Origin: Takakia lepidozioides
Taxonomy: Eukaryota; Plantae; Bryophyta
NCBI GenBank assembly: GCA_030704615.1
Contig: CM060732.1
Coordinates: forward strand, 41,478,001-41,542,000
DNA: 64,000 bases
Direction: 5' to 3'
In this document: in pieces, positions 22,728-36,071 of the stretch
How positions within the stretch are numbered: the first letter of the stretch is position 1
How the letters are laid out: every line of letters starts with the position of its first letter
Made by a program: the position numbers and the translations under genes
Notes under the pieces: generated by a model
Database searches by the model: none
Seen by the model: only the letters and a program-made list of their open reading frames with translations
Told to the model about the DNA's origin: nothing

Positions 22728-25700
22728 ATGTCAGTGCGGAAGAGTGCAACACAATGCTCGGGGATAGTCCCCGACAGCGGATACATTCCTGCCACCTCAC
22801 TCCAGAGCCGGCGGACCAAGCCCTCTAATCGGTGGTTGGGAAATCGTGTACGGTTTCAAGATGATATCGACAGCAGCGACAGAAAAAACAGCACTCCGCA
22901 GCCCATACCTCAGAATAGCTTCTCCAATGACGCCGTGAAGGCCTGGTTGGATTCAAGCCCCACTTCTGTTCTGGACCAAGGCAGCGAACTGGAATTTCAG
23001 TCGACTAGTGTCTCTCCCTATTCATCTCCTCCCCGTTCTGGACCCATCAATTCCAATTATGGACATGACCATGCAGCTTCAAGTACTCGCCCATCTGCCA
23101 CGACGAGGGTAGTTTACCATTCTTCCTTGTTATCCTGCTATCGTTAGCTCATGCATTTCCAATGTGTATTCCAACTGGGATCTCTTCTGACGCATGTGCA
23201 TTTATCTGTTGAGTTCGCTTGTCCTTGTGTTCGTATTCTAGCATTCCATACCTTAAGCTTCCTATAGCAAGTTGAGGTAGTATGACTTATCCACAAGACT
23301 GGTGATACTCACCACATCCGCGTCTCACTTAAGCTATCATTGTTTGTGGAGTGACCTGTAGGCAGGTTTAGCATTTTGCTGTGCCAATCCACCATTGCCA
23401 ATAGTTCTGTCTTTGTTAGAATAACGAACTGAGTAGGCTCTACACTCCACTATGGATTCCATGTCTTGGGCAGTTGGGGGTTGGGGATGGCGAGGCCATG
23501 GTATGAGGTAGTGGTTGGTCTCTACTGATCGGAACTCAAATGTCTGCTTAGCAGGGCAGAGTTATATCTCCACCACGGTTTCCAGTAGCAGACATAAATA
23601 ATGAGCAGCCACCCAATATTGAGCGGTATGGCCCCCTCCCATCTAGAGATGTTCAGATCAAAGCTCGCAGAGACAGACACCTCCAGGATGCTAATGAAGG
23701 CTCACAATCTCCAGCAAGCGACTTCAGTCTGAGTGTTGAGTGGAATGCAATGTTGGCTGCTGCCGCCGCCAGTGCTACCCAGGATGTTAGCGACAATGAA
23801 ACTATCATGAACAGTGAGAATGCAAGAGTCTGCGGGACACCCCTCACATCTGATCGTCCACAAGTCTTTTTGAAGCCTCCTCGAACTATGGAAAACTATC
23901 AAGACACAAACTTTCCAAGCATGGAGAGGGACCCAATGCATGCAGCTCCCAGAAGAGAGTTTTCTCTAAGAGGACAATCTATGCCAACACCTCAATTTCA
24001 AGAGCAAGCAACTAACATGGAAAGACGTGCAGCAGCTGTAGAAGTGAAAGACATCCTCATGGACAATGGAAGAGTTGGTAGTCGGAAGCAAGCACACAAC
24101 CACACAGGTCTTCTGTCTGAAGTAGAATCAAATACCAGAGGTGCAGGACCTGGCTCGGGGGTAGCAGCAGCACTTGACAGAAGACGGACTTATCCTGCTG
24201 GTTTCAATGGTAGGTTCACTGCAGATGCCTCTTGTGTAATGGAAGGTTTAGCTTTAGCTTCTTGTAAGCTATATTGCATTTGATATCTGGCTATGTACTT
24301 TATGCTTACTTTGGTCAGCTTTGGAAGGTTTCTCTACAACATTGAGATGATCGCTGTCAAGTTGCAATGTTGACTTCTGTAGTTTTGGGCACATTTGCAT
24401 TTCTTCAGACACATGTGAAATTCTCGGTACAGTTTGATGGGCTCTCTTTGCAATGTGGATGTCATTCAGTCATTTGCTGTTTAGCATGAGAACCTGAGAT
24501 TTGAAAGTGACGGTCAATGCCATGGTTGGGTCAGCCTTTGATGGTGGTGTACAAGATCTTTTCCACTATGACTTGGGAGAGCTCTCATGATGTGACTCAT
24601 GCCAAAACTGCAGATGAAAATGCACCTGTTGGATATTGTAATGGACAGATCTCTACTGCAGCAAGGGAACCAATGGTAGCCTCCGCTCATGCAATTATGG
24701 TTGCAAACAAGAGCTTACGATATGGGAGCTTTCAACAAGAGCATACATCTGCCTCTGGAAGTCTCAAGCAAAATGTAAACTATGAAAATGTGGGTTCCTC
24801 TCGCAGCTCGCCAAATACAAGCTCTTTGGAGAAGGGGGTAGAAACTAACCCCATGGCGCTGGCTCTTCAGACTGCGAAACAACAAAAAGTGGCTTCAAAA
24901 GCTGCAGCATGGGAAGAGGCTGAAAACTCCAAATTGAGCAATCGGTATGCTCTTTGCCCGACCTCCTTTCTCTTTCTTCACTTTATACTAACCCTTCTTT
25001 ATATGCAAAATTTACAAGTAATGAAGTGGGCCAGATTGTGCCAAATTTTTACTTTTGGTTAGAACCAGTAAACGAGAATGTATTATCCCTTCCTCAACAG
25101 TTTGTGCCCACCTCGATTGAGGAGTATCCATCCAGGGAAGTGGGCCTCAACTTGCCCTGACTAACTCTATGGAGTTTTTCTCCCCTTCATCAAGACTTTC
25201 ACATGGTATGTACATATAGATCACTTGCTTACAGTACATATGCTTCAAAGCCTGTTTTCACGGAGGACCTTCTGTCTCAGTCCATCGGATTATGTCTGAT
25301 CTGGTCGTATCTGCATGCTGTACAGTTACATCTTTGCAAATTGCCAACCTTTTACAGTCATGTAGCCCTGTCTCATGGTGTAGAAAAAATGCGGAATGTG
25401 CAGCTACAAGCGTGAAGAGTTGAAGATTTTATCATGGGAAGATCACCAGCGTGCCAAAGCCAGCATCTCCATGAAGAGAGCTGAGGTCTGTAGATTCTAC
25501 CCACCTCTTACCAGAATTGACAGGTTTAACTTATTTGCATTTAGAGTAACAGTGTAGTGTAGAGTTAAAGAGTCATACTAAGGGGACATTACATCCTCTA
25601 ACTGGAGATGTCATTCTTCCCTAATTACTCCCTTGGGAACATGAAATGGTCCTTTTTGAGACATTGGCATTTGTGGTCAACTCTTAACTACATACCTGCA

Positions 25701-26254
25701 GTCTGTAACCGTCCTCTTCCTGTAAACAACTTTTTATTAATCTAATACATGGGATCTGTGGAATGTAGTTGTGCGAATACATATTACCTGTTGGGAGATA
25801 GTGACATTGGTACTGATGCCCAAACAGAATCTATGGGGTCAGTAGCTCAGTTGGGTAATAACAGTAGCTCAGTCTCCATGACCAAGACATTTTCCTTAAC
25901 AGTGATGGCATTGTGCTTAGTTGGAAGTCAATGGGTAAATCCTGCCCATGATGGATTACGTCATTGTTTTGCAAGATGGGTGAAAAGTATCTTAGGTTGC
26001 AAATGTTTTTACAAGGTGGGTGTTTTGTTGATACCTCACACTACCAGTCAATTCTATTGCAGATGAAGTTGGAGGGAAAAAGAGCCCGAGCCATGGAAAA
26101 GATGCAAAACGAAATTGCAATTGCACACAAAAAAGCTGAGGAAAAAAAAGCTATAGCTGAAGCTAAGCGAGCAGAGAAAGCAGCAAAGGCTGCTGCTGAG
26201 GCTGAGCGAATTCGAGCTAGTGGTAAAGTCCCTCACGGCTGTTTCCCGTTCTGA
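22728..26254 (+). CDS. Remorin family protein; exons 22728-23108, 23555-24209, 24614-24944, 25404-25485, 26063-26254
   Basis: The Remorin_C coiled coil is reconstructed across GT-AG introns with compatible phases (AAAWEEAE..R|YKREELKILSWEDHQRAKA..E|MKLEGKRARAMEKMQNEIA). C-terminal anchor with Cys (GCFPF); long disordered N-terminus. Confidence 0.9.
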
Positions 26255-27440
26255 AGAAATGGATCTTGCCCTTTCCCGGAGTCTATTGAAAGTAGCATCC
26301 ACCATAATGCTACCCGTGCTGGAGTATCAGGATTTGTACAATAATATACTGCTATCTGTTGTCGCTTTCAATGATGATCCCAGCAAATTCCAATTCAAAC
26401 CTATTCCAACTGTTGCCTTGGAAACTGCCCAAGTATCCAATTGACAACTCCGGCGGTGTTTCATTCGACACGGGATGTGTATACGTGCACAGTGTAAGCA
26501 GCAATTTTGGTGCCTGTAAATTTCGAATGTGTCAGGGCGATGGTAAATTAAAAGTACTCTTGGGAGTACATGCCCATTGCCATGGACAAAAGTAGCATAT
26601 TAACATAGAAATTGATGTGTTGGTTGACTGTAGATTGTCCGACCCAGTCTCCATAAACGGAAAGGCATGTGTATATGTGCTCACTACTATTCAGAAGTAC
26701 ATCAATAGAGAATTTTTTTGTAGGTCGCGATCAGTACCTCAGTTCTGAGAAACTATCCAGATACTGTATACTTCTTAATGTGGTCTTCTCTCCAGTGTCT
26801 GGCGAAAAAAGAGGTACTCCTTGTTGCTGGATCATGTGTCGCAATTGGGTGAAGGCGCATCCAGAGTTTTGTAATGTAGGGAGGAATTACTCCCATATTG
26901 CGGCCAGTAGACAAGTTAGAACTAAGCAAACTTCCAAGTGTTCTAGAAATGTACAGTGACAGTTGTTTATGATCAAAGTGACATTTGGAAGATTCTGATT
27001 TTCGCGAGCTGTTTATTTGTGGTGGGGAATATGGGTCAAAGACAGTTTGTTGTGTGCTAGAGCATCCCGCTAGAGCATCCCACAGAGCTCTTCTAATGAG
27101 GAAATCTGAAGTTGAATGTGGCATTTGCATGTAATGAGGCTAAAGGGAATTGTAGACCTCCATATGTAAAAGCAATATGCTTGAGGAGTTCTTGGTAGAT
27201 ACAATAATATCCAAGTCTACAGGTATTGCTAAAGGGCGTCTAGTTGAAAGTTTAGTATGCTTGCATATACTTCTAGTTGAGTGCCTGTTGTTCTTGCCTA
27301 TGCTGCAGCAAAGGGAAGTGGTGTCTAGACCATATATATCATGAGGAACCTCTACTATTGCATTAGGGATACTTTTGGAGCATGAAGAATATTCTATCAA
27401 TGGTCAAAGGACAATGCAGATGATAAATTTTTGTAGCCTC

Positions 27441-27588
27441 AACCCCCTTTCATTTATGGGCCATGAGGCTACAGGACGATCAAAGCCCAGACACACCGTC
27501 ACGAACAATGCCACACACGGGGCAGGGCAGCGGGTTTGCCGAACCACCAGGGCGGTACACCGTGCACTTACCAGCTGAGCTACCAGCC
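27441..27588 (-). mobile_element. tRNA-derived SINE
   Basis: Minus-strand head GGCTGGTAGCTCAGCTGGTAAGTGCAC (Pol III A box) plus a GGTTCG..CCC B-box-like motif. Related copy at 58417-58567. Confidence 0.7.
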
Positions 27589-27589
27589 T

Positions 27590-27910
27590 ATAGTTGTTTC
27601 CAGGCCGGTTTCCCATTCGTTTCCTAAGTATCAAGCTAAAACCTTGGCAGTCTCTTCCTGGTCGTGGGAAATTCCAGAGGCAACCTAAGAAGGTCATGTA
27701 ACCAGGTTTGAAGAGCCATGGAATGAGGGTGTCGTTGTCTGGTGCAGTCATGTGCACTCCCAAAAATCAACTAGCTTTCTTGTGATGAAATTGGAGTTAG
27801 TCACAAACAATCCTTACTATCCATGAGAGGCTGGATGCTGCAAAAGGTCCACATGAGATGGTACAAAAACTTCCATCGATTGGAGAAGTGTTCTTTGTTA
27901 CAGGAAAAGG
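27590..27910 (+). pseudogene. Degenerate partial duplicate of the lipase gene 5' region
   Basis: 27590-27714 matches 37073-37196, and 27715-27910 matches 37872-38084. Confidence 0.85.
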
Positions 27911-28564
27911 ACATCTCTTGGAGTCGTTAATTCTGCCCCAAAATTTACGTTCTTTGAGGCAGCTGGAGAGAAATAAGGGCAATGGCTTCTCTGTCTCCTC
28001 AAGGGAAAGGAAACAAATCCATCTTTGTCGCGCCCATTGGTGCTGTTGTGACTGCTGCCGCTCTCTGGCTGTGAATTTTAGGCTTGACATCCATGTTTCC
28101 TGGTGGGAAAAAATCGTGGACCCCTTTTCTTTAAAGAAGTGCTTGGGGCTAGGCACGCAACACCCTCTGAGATTTTGGATGCTGAATCTGCCTGCGCCAG
28201 ACCCTTCAAACTCGAGACCACATTTTCACCTCACAACCTTGTTGACAAGGTTGCAATCTCCATTTGCTCTGTGACCCACTGGTCTGGTCCAGCCAGTTTG
28301 ATTCAACCTAAATCATTGTGCAAAACAGACTTGACCTGTTCTCTACTGTAATTCTATATTTCCGGATGTCATCGTGGACCTGTTTCCCTTTTGAAGCACA
28401 ACAGGAACAGGCTCACTGAAGTAACTACACATCAGAGGTACTTGGAAGTTGGAAGTCAGTGACGCCGTTGCATGGCAGCTTGCTCATCCTCAGCGGTGGA
28501 CCGGCAGATGGATAAGCGCAAATTGCAATGTGCTGAACACCTTTGTGCTGCTTGTGCTGGACAA

Positions 28565-28840
28565 TGCAGGCTGGAAATAGAGACTGAGAACATTTTGTGG
28601 GCTGTCCTCTAGGAGCTACTACAAAATCTAAAGCTATTTGGAGACATCCAACCCTAACAGAGGTTTCCCCATGACAAGGATCAGAGTTGCCTTGCGGCAT
28701 CTCTACATGAGGCTCCCCGCCTTAGAGAATCGAAGTAGGGGTTTTCAAGTTGAGGTGGCTGGTTGTGGGGGGGCCCACTTTCCTAGTTTCTGCATTTCTT
28801 TGTCCCATAAGCTCTTTTGAGCTTCCTGTGGATGTTTGAC
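28565..28840 (+). mobile_element. Degenerate 3' fragment of LINE family B
   Basis: Resembles 44180-44450 (GAAATAGAGACTGAGAACA.., GGATCAGA..TGC, CCCATAAGCTCTTTTGAGCTT tail). Confidence 0.65.
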
Positions 28841-29699
28841 TGTGTAAGTTGTCACATCTGTGTCCAGCTATACGGCTCAAGCGACAATTGATGCAGGAAT
28901 GAACCTGATGCTTGGAATTTCTGGACAGAGCTCCCGTATATCCTCTCTCAATCCAGTTCCTTTTCAGTTGTTGTTGGCTGTTTGTTTGCTTGTTTATATT
29001 GCCTGGTCTGAGAAGCTTCTAACGCTGCGACACTGTGACCCTCCTTGGCTCTTGGGGTGAATCTGTGCATCAGATTTGAGAGTTTGATAAACATCTTTTA
29101 TGGAAATTTGTGAGAGATTGAAGTTGATCAATGAAGCAAAGAAGTTTTCGCGAAACTTGTAATTTTTCACCCCTAGAGAGCTCTACTATCTTGGAGCATG
29201 CAGACATTCTTATTGTTAATAACTAAACAAAGCTCACACCAGAACGTAGTCCTTCATTGCAAGCAGAGAGAGACAAAAACACAAAGAGATTCGCACATGC
29301 CTCGCTGCAAAAGATAGATACTCAGCAGGACATTAAAACCCTCATAAGGCCATATGCTAAGGGCCCAGGGGCCTGGCACTGCCTGTCTACACATATTTTT
29401 ATTCTGAAAACAAATCAATATATTTTCATTGACTCTTAGACATCGAACTTGAATTCATTAAATTAAACTTCAGGCTCCACTATCGGTAGGATAGCTTCAC
29501 CAGTAGTCTTCGCCTCTCCAGGAGGGTTCGTCATCTGGTTTGCCATAGCTCTAAGCCCCTACGAGCTTAACCCCAAGATGCTTAGCTAGATAGGTTCCCA
29601 GTAGCAGCTAATGGACCTCTGTCCCTTCTCTGCAGCTTCTGTAACCTCCTGGGAGTGTAACGGGTCCAGGCTTTTTACAACAAGCGTAAGTGTATCCCT

Positions 29700-30260
29700 C
29701 TCTGCCACTATCTCCTGGGGGGGTGGCGGCAAGACCCGTCGTGCTGCCTCGGCGGGTACGCAGCTACGGCCTCATGAAGGTGTGGTTGATGCGGACTCCC
29801 ATTTCCAGCATTTGTTTTTTTGTATCCACGGAAGCTAAGTAGATAAAACAGAATTTTTTTTCAGGGCCTGAGTTGTACACGTTCACGATTTCGAACTCGT
29901 CACTGTGGTAGTACGTTTCCATGATGAAGTGCATTGTGAGCTTGTAACTTCAAGTAAAGAGAGAGGTAGTCCGGGGATGCCAGCAGGTCAACGGCCTTTT
30001 CAATTTTACCTTGCAGCTTGATCCCGGAAGCCATCTCCATAACAAAGGCCCTGTTGCCCTTGAGCAGTGCAATCCCGTCAGTGGCCGGGTTTAGCAGCTC
30101 GACCTTGAGTAATCCTAACCACAATTTGTTGGCATGCTTGGTGTATGCTGTGATTGGGGAGTGCAAAACAATCCCCAAGGGGATGTTCATATCTGCGAAC
30201 CTTTTCTTTGCACAGTACAGGGCCTGTTCCTTGGGCATGTCTGTATCCTTAACCCTATTT
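29700..30260 (-). mobile_element. Relic of an unidentified repeated ORF, probably retroelement ORF1/gag-like
   Basis: ORF 29900-30238 is homologous to 53289-53531 (ELLNPATDGIALLKGN.AFVMEMASG). Confidence 0.55.
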
Positions 30261-30699
30261 TAACTAATTCTGGACTTTTGGCTTAAATCCGGACCAAACT
30301 TAATATATATTTGAATTAAAATTAATTCAAATGTTAATAATATCTTGGACAGTAATGTGTGATTGAACTTTGTGAAATTACAAGTGATGTCATACTTGCT
30401 ACATATTGTAACATATAAGATGTCCATTTGACATTGAAGTGCTTGTGAAGTTGTAGTACTGAACAATTCATTGAACGTCCACTGGGAAGTCAAATGATGT
30501 AATATTACATTATGTAATCACGATAAACAAATGTGTCGAATCGAACATGGGGTAGATTCATAGTACTCTACCATACTTGATATAAGTTGATAGTAATTTT
30601 GATTGAATCTTCATGTTGACAAGCACAATATTCATAGACAATGTCATTGGAATGATGTTTTGGGTGTGAGAAGGGCAGTAAAATATTAAAATAACTTGA

Positions 30700-31505
30700 A
30701 ACATTATGAAGATGACCTACTAGGGTAGTAAAATAAGGTTTGGGGTGTAACTAGATATATTAAGTGCAATAAGGTCCAAGTTTGTGGTGACTCGGAGAAG
30801 GGTTTAGGGTTTTAAAGGGTTTAGGATAGAAAGAGATAAACAAATATGGACGACTCACCTCTGTAGAATATAAAAATGTAAGGGGAATTTGATATCCATG
30901 TAATCATTCTATCATACGTTATCCAACAAAATTAAAGAAAACATTAAAAGAGAATGATACAAATTTTATAAGAGGTAACATGGTAGTACAATAAGGTTTG
31001 GAGTTTAAGTAGGATACTACACTAAGGTTTTTGGTATATGGTAAAAGTAATGGTTTAGGGTGCTAAGGGTCACGCTTAAGCTTGGGGTAAGGATTAAGGC
31101 CAAGGTAAAGGAAAGGGTAAGGACCTAGGATTTGGATTTAGGGTAGTTCAAAAGGACAAACAAATATGGAAGACTCACACATGGTAGTACAATAACTTGG
31201 TTTGGAGTGTAAGTAGGGTAGTACACTAACTTGGTTTTTGGTATATGGTAAGAGTAACGGTTTAAGGTAGTAAGTGTCAGGCTTAAGCTTAGGATAAGGA
31301 TTGAAGGCCAGGGTAAGGGTTTAGGGTTTGGATTTATGGTAGTACTTTTGGTATATGGTAAGAGTAATGGTTTAGGGTACTAAGTGTCCGGCTTAAGCCT
31401 ATGGAAGGATTAAGGGAAGGGTAAAACGAAGGGTAAAACGAAGGGTAAGGATTTAGAGGTGATGGTAAAGGTATAAATGAACAAACAAATATGGAAGACT
31501 CGTAC
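30700..31505 (+). repeat. Degenerate ~320-bp repeats containing telomere-like TTTAGGG/TAAGGG motifs
   Basis: CAAATATGGA(A/C)GACTC at 30841, 31161 and 31486; GGGTTTAGGGTTT at about 30800 and 31317. Confidence 0.75.
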
Positions 31506-31539
31506 TCACTAGAATTTGGTGTGTATAATTATGGTATAG

Positions 31540-32390
31540 GGGTTTTTTGACATGGCATACTGGCCTTGTGTGGCCCATTTAGACATCAAAAAACTACTAG
31601 AAAAGGGGGCACAAACAGTGTGCATTGACGCACATTGTTTGGTGCTTCCAACCATGGGGTTTTTTGACATGGCATACTGGCCCTGTGTGGCCCATTTAGA
31701 CATCAATAAACAAGCATAAAGAGGAGCACAAACAGTGTGCTTTGAAGCACATGTTTGGTGCTTCCAATTAGGGGTTTTTTGACATGGCATACTGGCCCTG
31801 TGTGGCCCATTTGGACATCAAAAAACAGGCTGAGAGAGGGGCACAGACAGTGTGCATTGCCGCACACTCTTTGGTGTTTCCAACCACGGGTGTTTTGAAC
31901 ATGGTACACTGGCCCTGTGTGGCACATTTAGACATCAAACATGGCCCATTTTTAAATCAAAAAACAGGCTGAGAGGGGTGCACAAACGGTGTGCGTTGAC
32001 GCACACTGTTTGGTGCTTCCAACTTTGGGTGTTTTCAACTCGGCACACTGGCCCTGTGTGGCCCATTTAAACATCATAAAACAGCTGGAAAAGGGGGGCA
32101 CAAACAGTGTGCGTTGACGCACACTGTTTGGTGTTTCCAACAACAGGTGTTTTGAACTTAGCACACTGGCCCTGTGTGGCACATTTAGACATAAAAAACA
32201 ATCAGAAAGGGCGCACAAACAGTGTGCGTTAACGCACACTGTTTGTTTCTTCCAATTAGGGATATTTTGAACATGGCATACTTGCCCTGTGTGGCCCATT
32301 TTGAAATCAGAAAACAGGCACAGAGGGGGGCACAAAATAGTGGGGATTGCCGACACTATTTGGTGCTTTCAACTGCGGGTGTTTCACTTG
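31540..32390 (+). repeat. Tandem satellite, ~115-120-bp unit, about 7 copies
   Basis: Recurring core GGCA(T/C)ACTGGCCCTGTGTGGCCCATTT..GGGGCACAAACAGTGTGC..TGTTTGGTG.TTCCAA. Confidence 0.92.
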
Positions 32391-33632
32391 AAGCCCGGGC
32401 TACAGAATCTTTGTCCCAGGCTTTGAAATGTTATCTCGGGCCAAGAATCTCAGTCCGGGGCTAGGGAATATTGTCCCGGGCTTTGGCATGCCCGCTGTTC
32501 TGGCCTTTTGGGGCTTCCGTAGTTATGAGGTGACCGGACATAGGCACTATAACGGTCATAGGCATGTTTATCCTTAGGGAAAAGACAAAGAGAAAGGCCA
32601 AGGGCAGCATGAAGAGCATATTCTATGAATGCTCAAAGAACAATGCAGATGATGAATAGTTTTGACAGACTGTGGCTGCCAAAGGATCATAGAAAGGCAC
32701 AGACGGTACCTTTGAGAAGTTTTTTTTGGGAGTAAAACCTTGGTCTACTGGTCTGAGTTTGGCGTACTTCCATCCTTGGTTTCCCAAGAAGAGGAAGGCT
32801 GTGTGTAAAGCGTCCATAGTCCATAACGTACAGGAGCTGAGAATCTGCAAGTTGAGAGAGCAACATACAGTGGAAGTAAATGTGACCTCTGCAGGCAGGC
32901 AATGTTCGTTTGTGATTACATATGATTAAGGTAGTTATACCCAAATGTGAGCGTTTAAGCAGATATGCCCATACAATTGGTGCAGTAAGGGGAAAAATTA
33001 TATGACTAGATTAGCAATTGAACAAACAGCTTGTGGTATGAATTGCATGAATTTTGGACGAAGTGGCTAATTGATATATATTATCAAAGTGGCAGGGCAC
33101 AAAAATGCTATGCCTGAGCTATAGAGGGTACCATAACTCACTGAAATATTATCTAATATGAAGCCTACATGTGACCTGATATGCACGAGATGTGCACTTG
33201 AAATGGCCCCTACACATCAACTACTACACCCAATAACTCACCCAACAGCTCGGCCCACAAGAGCAAAAGGTATCCTATGGTGCAGTAGCGAAATAAAGGA
33301 GATCGGATGCATGAACTCCAGTAAGCCCTTGGGAAATCGTGAATGTGTGCCAAATGGTCAATCCTGCATGTAAAGTGGACCCCACTCTCCTAGATTTGGA
33401 TTCTTATTTAAGCACGTAGTGATCCAAAGTGTGCCAAACTGCGTGCTTTTCCAGCCTGAAACCTCACCTCTCGCTGCACTAATTTGGACCATCCAAGTGT
33501 CACAGGCCACGCTATTGTTCTCCCGCCACCACCTTGATTCCTCCCGCCATCTCTGTCGCCTCCCAGCAACTCCTTCCCACCATGGCCCGCCATGACAGCA
33601 ACTCACTCTACAACAGGTGGTCCCGAACCTGG

Positions 33633-36001
33633 TTAATGCGCCCATGGCACTCCTACGACCTGCAGATGACTTGTGTCTTCCCCTCGGGCCTTTGCCCGAC
33701 GTTTAGCAATAGCAATTTTTTGATTGTGTTTACAGATTGGTGGAGCCCACCCGCACAATGGGGCGATCCATGCATGCTTGGGGGTAGGGTTGTTTGCTTT
33801 GATTGCTGCATGCAGACGTTCTCCTGCCTCGCTGCAGGCTCGTGCCGACCACTTGGCGTCAAAGGCCCTCCTGGCCAGTCGCTCTTGTGTTCGGGCCTTC
33901 TTAAGAGCATCTTTCTCGATCTTCTCGGCTGCCCGCTTTGCTTTACCTTGCAGGGTCTCATCTTTTTTCTGCTCACGAGCTTGGGTTGCTTCTTCTTTTA
34001 GTCTCACTTTTTGCTCTAGTGCTTCCAAGTATACATCAGATGTCATTATAATTGACTTGATGTAGTCTATAATAGGTTCATCTCCTGATGCTCTTACCCT
34101 TCGATTGACTGCAGGAGCCTCTGGGAGCGTCAAGAATCGGGAGATTGATGAAGGGACCTCTGGTTGGCTAAGAACCATCTCCCAGTCTGCGTCATCATCA
34201 AGCTGCACTAAGGACTCCTGGCTACTGCGAAAGTGTGACTGGTTGTCATCGCCCCTTTCCTGGTCATTGCGCCCATCCTCATCTGGCTCTTCGACCACCA
34301 CAAAGTAGTGGTGGTGATTCTTTTGTATGCTGGGCACATGGTTGCCCAACACCTCTTCCACATGAAGGGCAGAAAGTACGTCTTCTACCTCCCCCTCAGG
34401 TGTATCCTCGTCCATTGATTCTGGCCTGATCTCCTCGGCATGCAGGTCTGGTGTCCCCGGCCCTGAGAAACATTCTATCGGCCCCATCTTTCCTGCCATG
34501 GCTTCTGGATTCAGAGGCCAGATCCCAGAGGTCTTGAATCCCTTGGCAATGTTGGTAGGGGTTAGTCCTTTTTTCAATGCAAGGGAGACCCATTGGGCCA
34601 TATCTTCTTTCAACGCTCCTCTTCTTTTATGTGCCATGGTCCAAACATCTCTATATTTCCTGAAGGCAGTCTTAAAGGGCTTGAACACTGCCACATCAAG
34701 GGGCTGGAGTGCATGGGATGTGTGGGAAGGAAGTGTAATGACATCAAGTCCTACTGATCTTGCTTGCTTGACAACGTCTAGGGTGACGTGTGAGTTGTGA
34801 CCATCCAGAATTAGCAAAATGCCTGTTTGTGACGGTAATGTCATTGCCCATTGCCTTTGCTGATTCCAAAAAATATGATATCCACTTGTGAAACAATATT
34901 GCAGTCATCCATGCTTTTCTTTGCATTGCCATTGTTGCTCCAGATTCACATTTGTGAATGTAATTGCGACGAAATCTTTTCCCTTTGAATATGTAGAAGT
35001 TTGGGATGTAACTTCCTGCAGCATTCATGCAGGTGAGGACGCTCAGCCATTCCCTTTGATCTGGTGTTATAGAATGAACAGATCTGGATCCGGTCTTGGC
35101 CAACAGAACAACACCTCCGTTTCGCCCAGCTCCCCGGACTCGTCACAATTCCATATCCTTGTTGGCCCATAGTTGTGCTTCTCATACATCAGTTTCAGAT
35201 TAGCATAGAACGTCTTTACGTTCTCTGGACATAGTCCCTTGGCCCTCCCAGTTTCTAGTCCTTGAGCTACTCTCAATGAAAGATGTGGATGTCGTGACCT
35301 GAACCATCTCACCCACCCCCAGCCCGGGATTCAGGTGGGCCAAGCCCAAGATCAAGTTGAATTTCAGGTGGACCAAGGCCAACGTCAACCAAATCTGTAG
35401 TACAGCTAGACCAGACAACAACATTGCCAGAGACAAATACTGAAGGACCTGCCGACATTAACACTCTTCGATCTAATGGACCTGCTACGCGTGGGGGCCG
35501 CCCAAGGAGAGGGAGGAGGCCTCTCAAGAATGGAAACTGGACTGATGAACAGTTGCGAGGTGTCATGGCTGCCGTTGACCGTGGAGACAACATCAGATCC
35601 GCAGCAAGGATGTTTTGAAGTGCCTGCAACAAGTCTGAGAAACCACGTTTATGGCGTTACTACCAGTAGGAAGAGAGGCAACAAAGGGACATTAAACGCC
35701 AAGGAAGAAGCTGAACTAGTCCAGTATATTGAAAAAATGCAAGATATCGGGCATCCCTTGACACTAACTCAACTACGTCTGAAGGTGGCTGAAGTTACGC
35801 AAGAGAGAGTCACACCTTTCACAAATGGGAATCCTCTCCCTGGCCCCACTGGAAATTTTCAAGGCCATCATCCTCACTTTGACCTCCATCATTTGCATGT
35901 TTATACCTTTCATTGTATCCATCATCTGAGTCACTTGTGAGTGGTTGGCTACTGATCTGCGTTCCAACGCTATCATCAGCTACCTCGGTATCTGGCAACA
36001 A
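33633..36001 (-). mobile_element. pogo/Fot1-like (Tc1/mariner superfamily, DDE_1/CENP-B type) transposase pseudogene with an inverted N-terminal segment
   Basis: Minus strand carries IWNCDESG, KAWMT, LILDGHNSH and LPSHTSHALQPLDVAVFKPFK. The HTH part (NWTDEQL..IRSAARMF..VPATSLRNH, PLTLTQLRLKVAE) is on the plus strand at 35520-35830. Confidence 0.9.
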
Positions 36002-36071
36002 TCGAAAGCTTGGCTAGGCCTGAAATTCAAGTCCATCGCTGTTGCACACTCCTCACTCATGACTATACACT

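Noticed and set aside
27441-27588. tRNA gene
   Set aside because: Only A/B-box remnants with no cloverleaf; a diverged second copy with a shared tail indicates a SINE.
31540-32390. CRISPR-like repeat array
   Set aside because: Whole units are similar with no unique spacers, there are no cas genes, and the context is eukaryotic.
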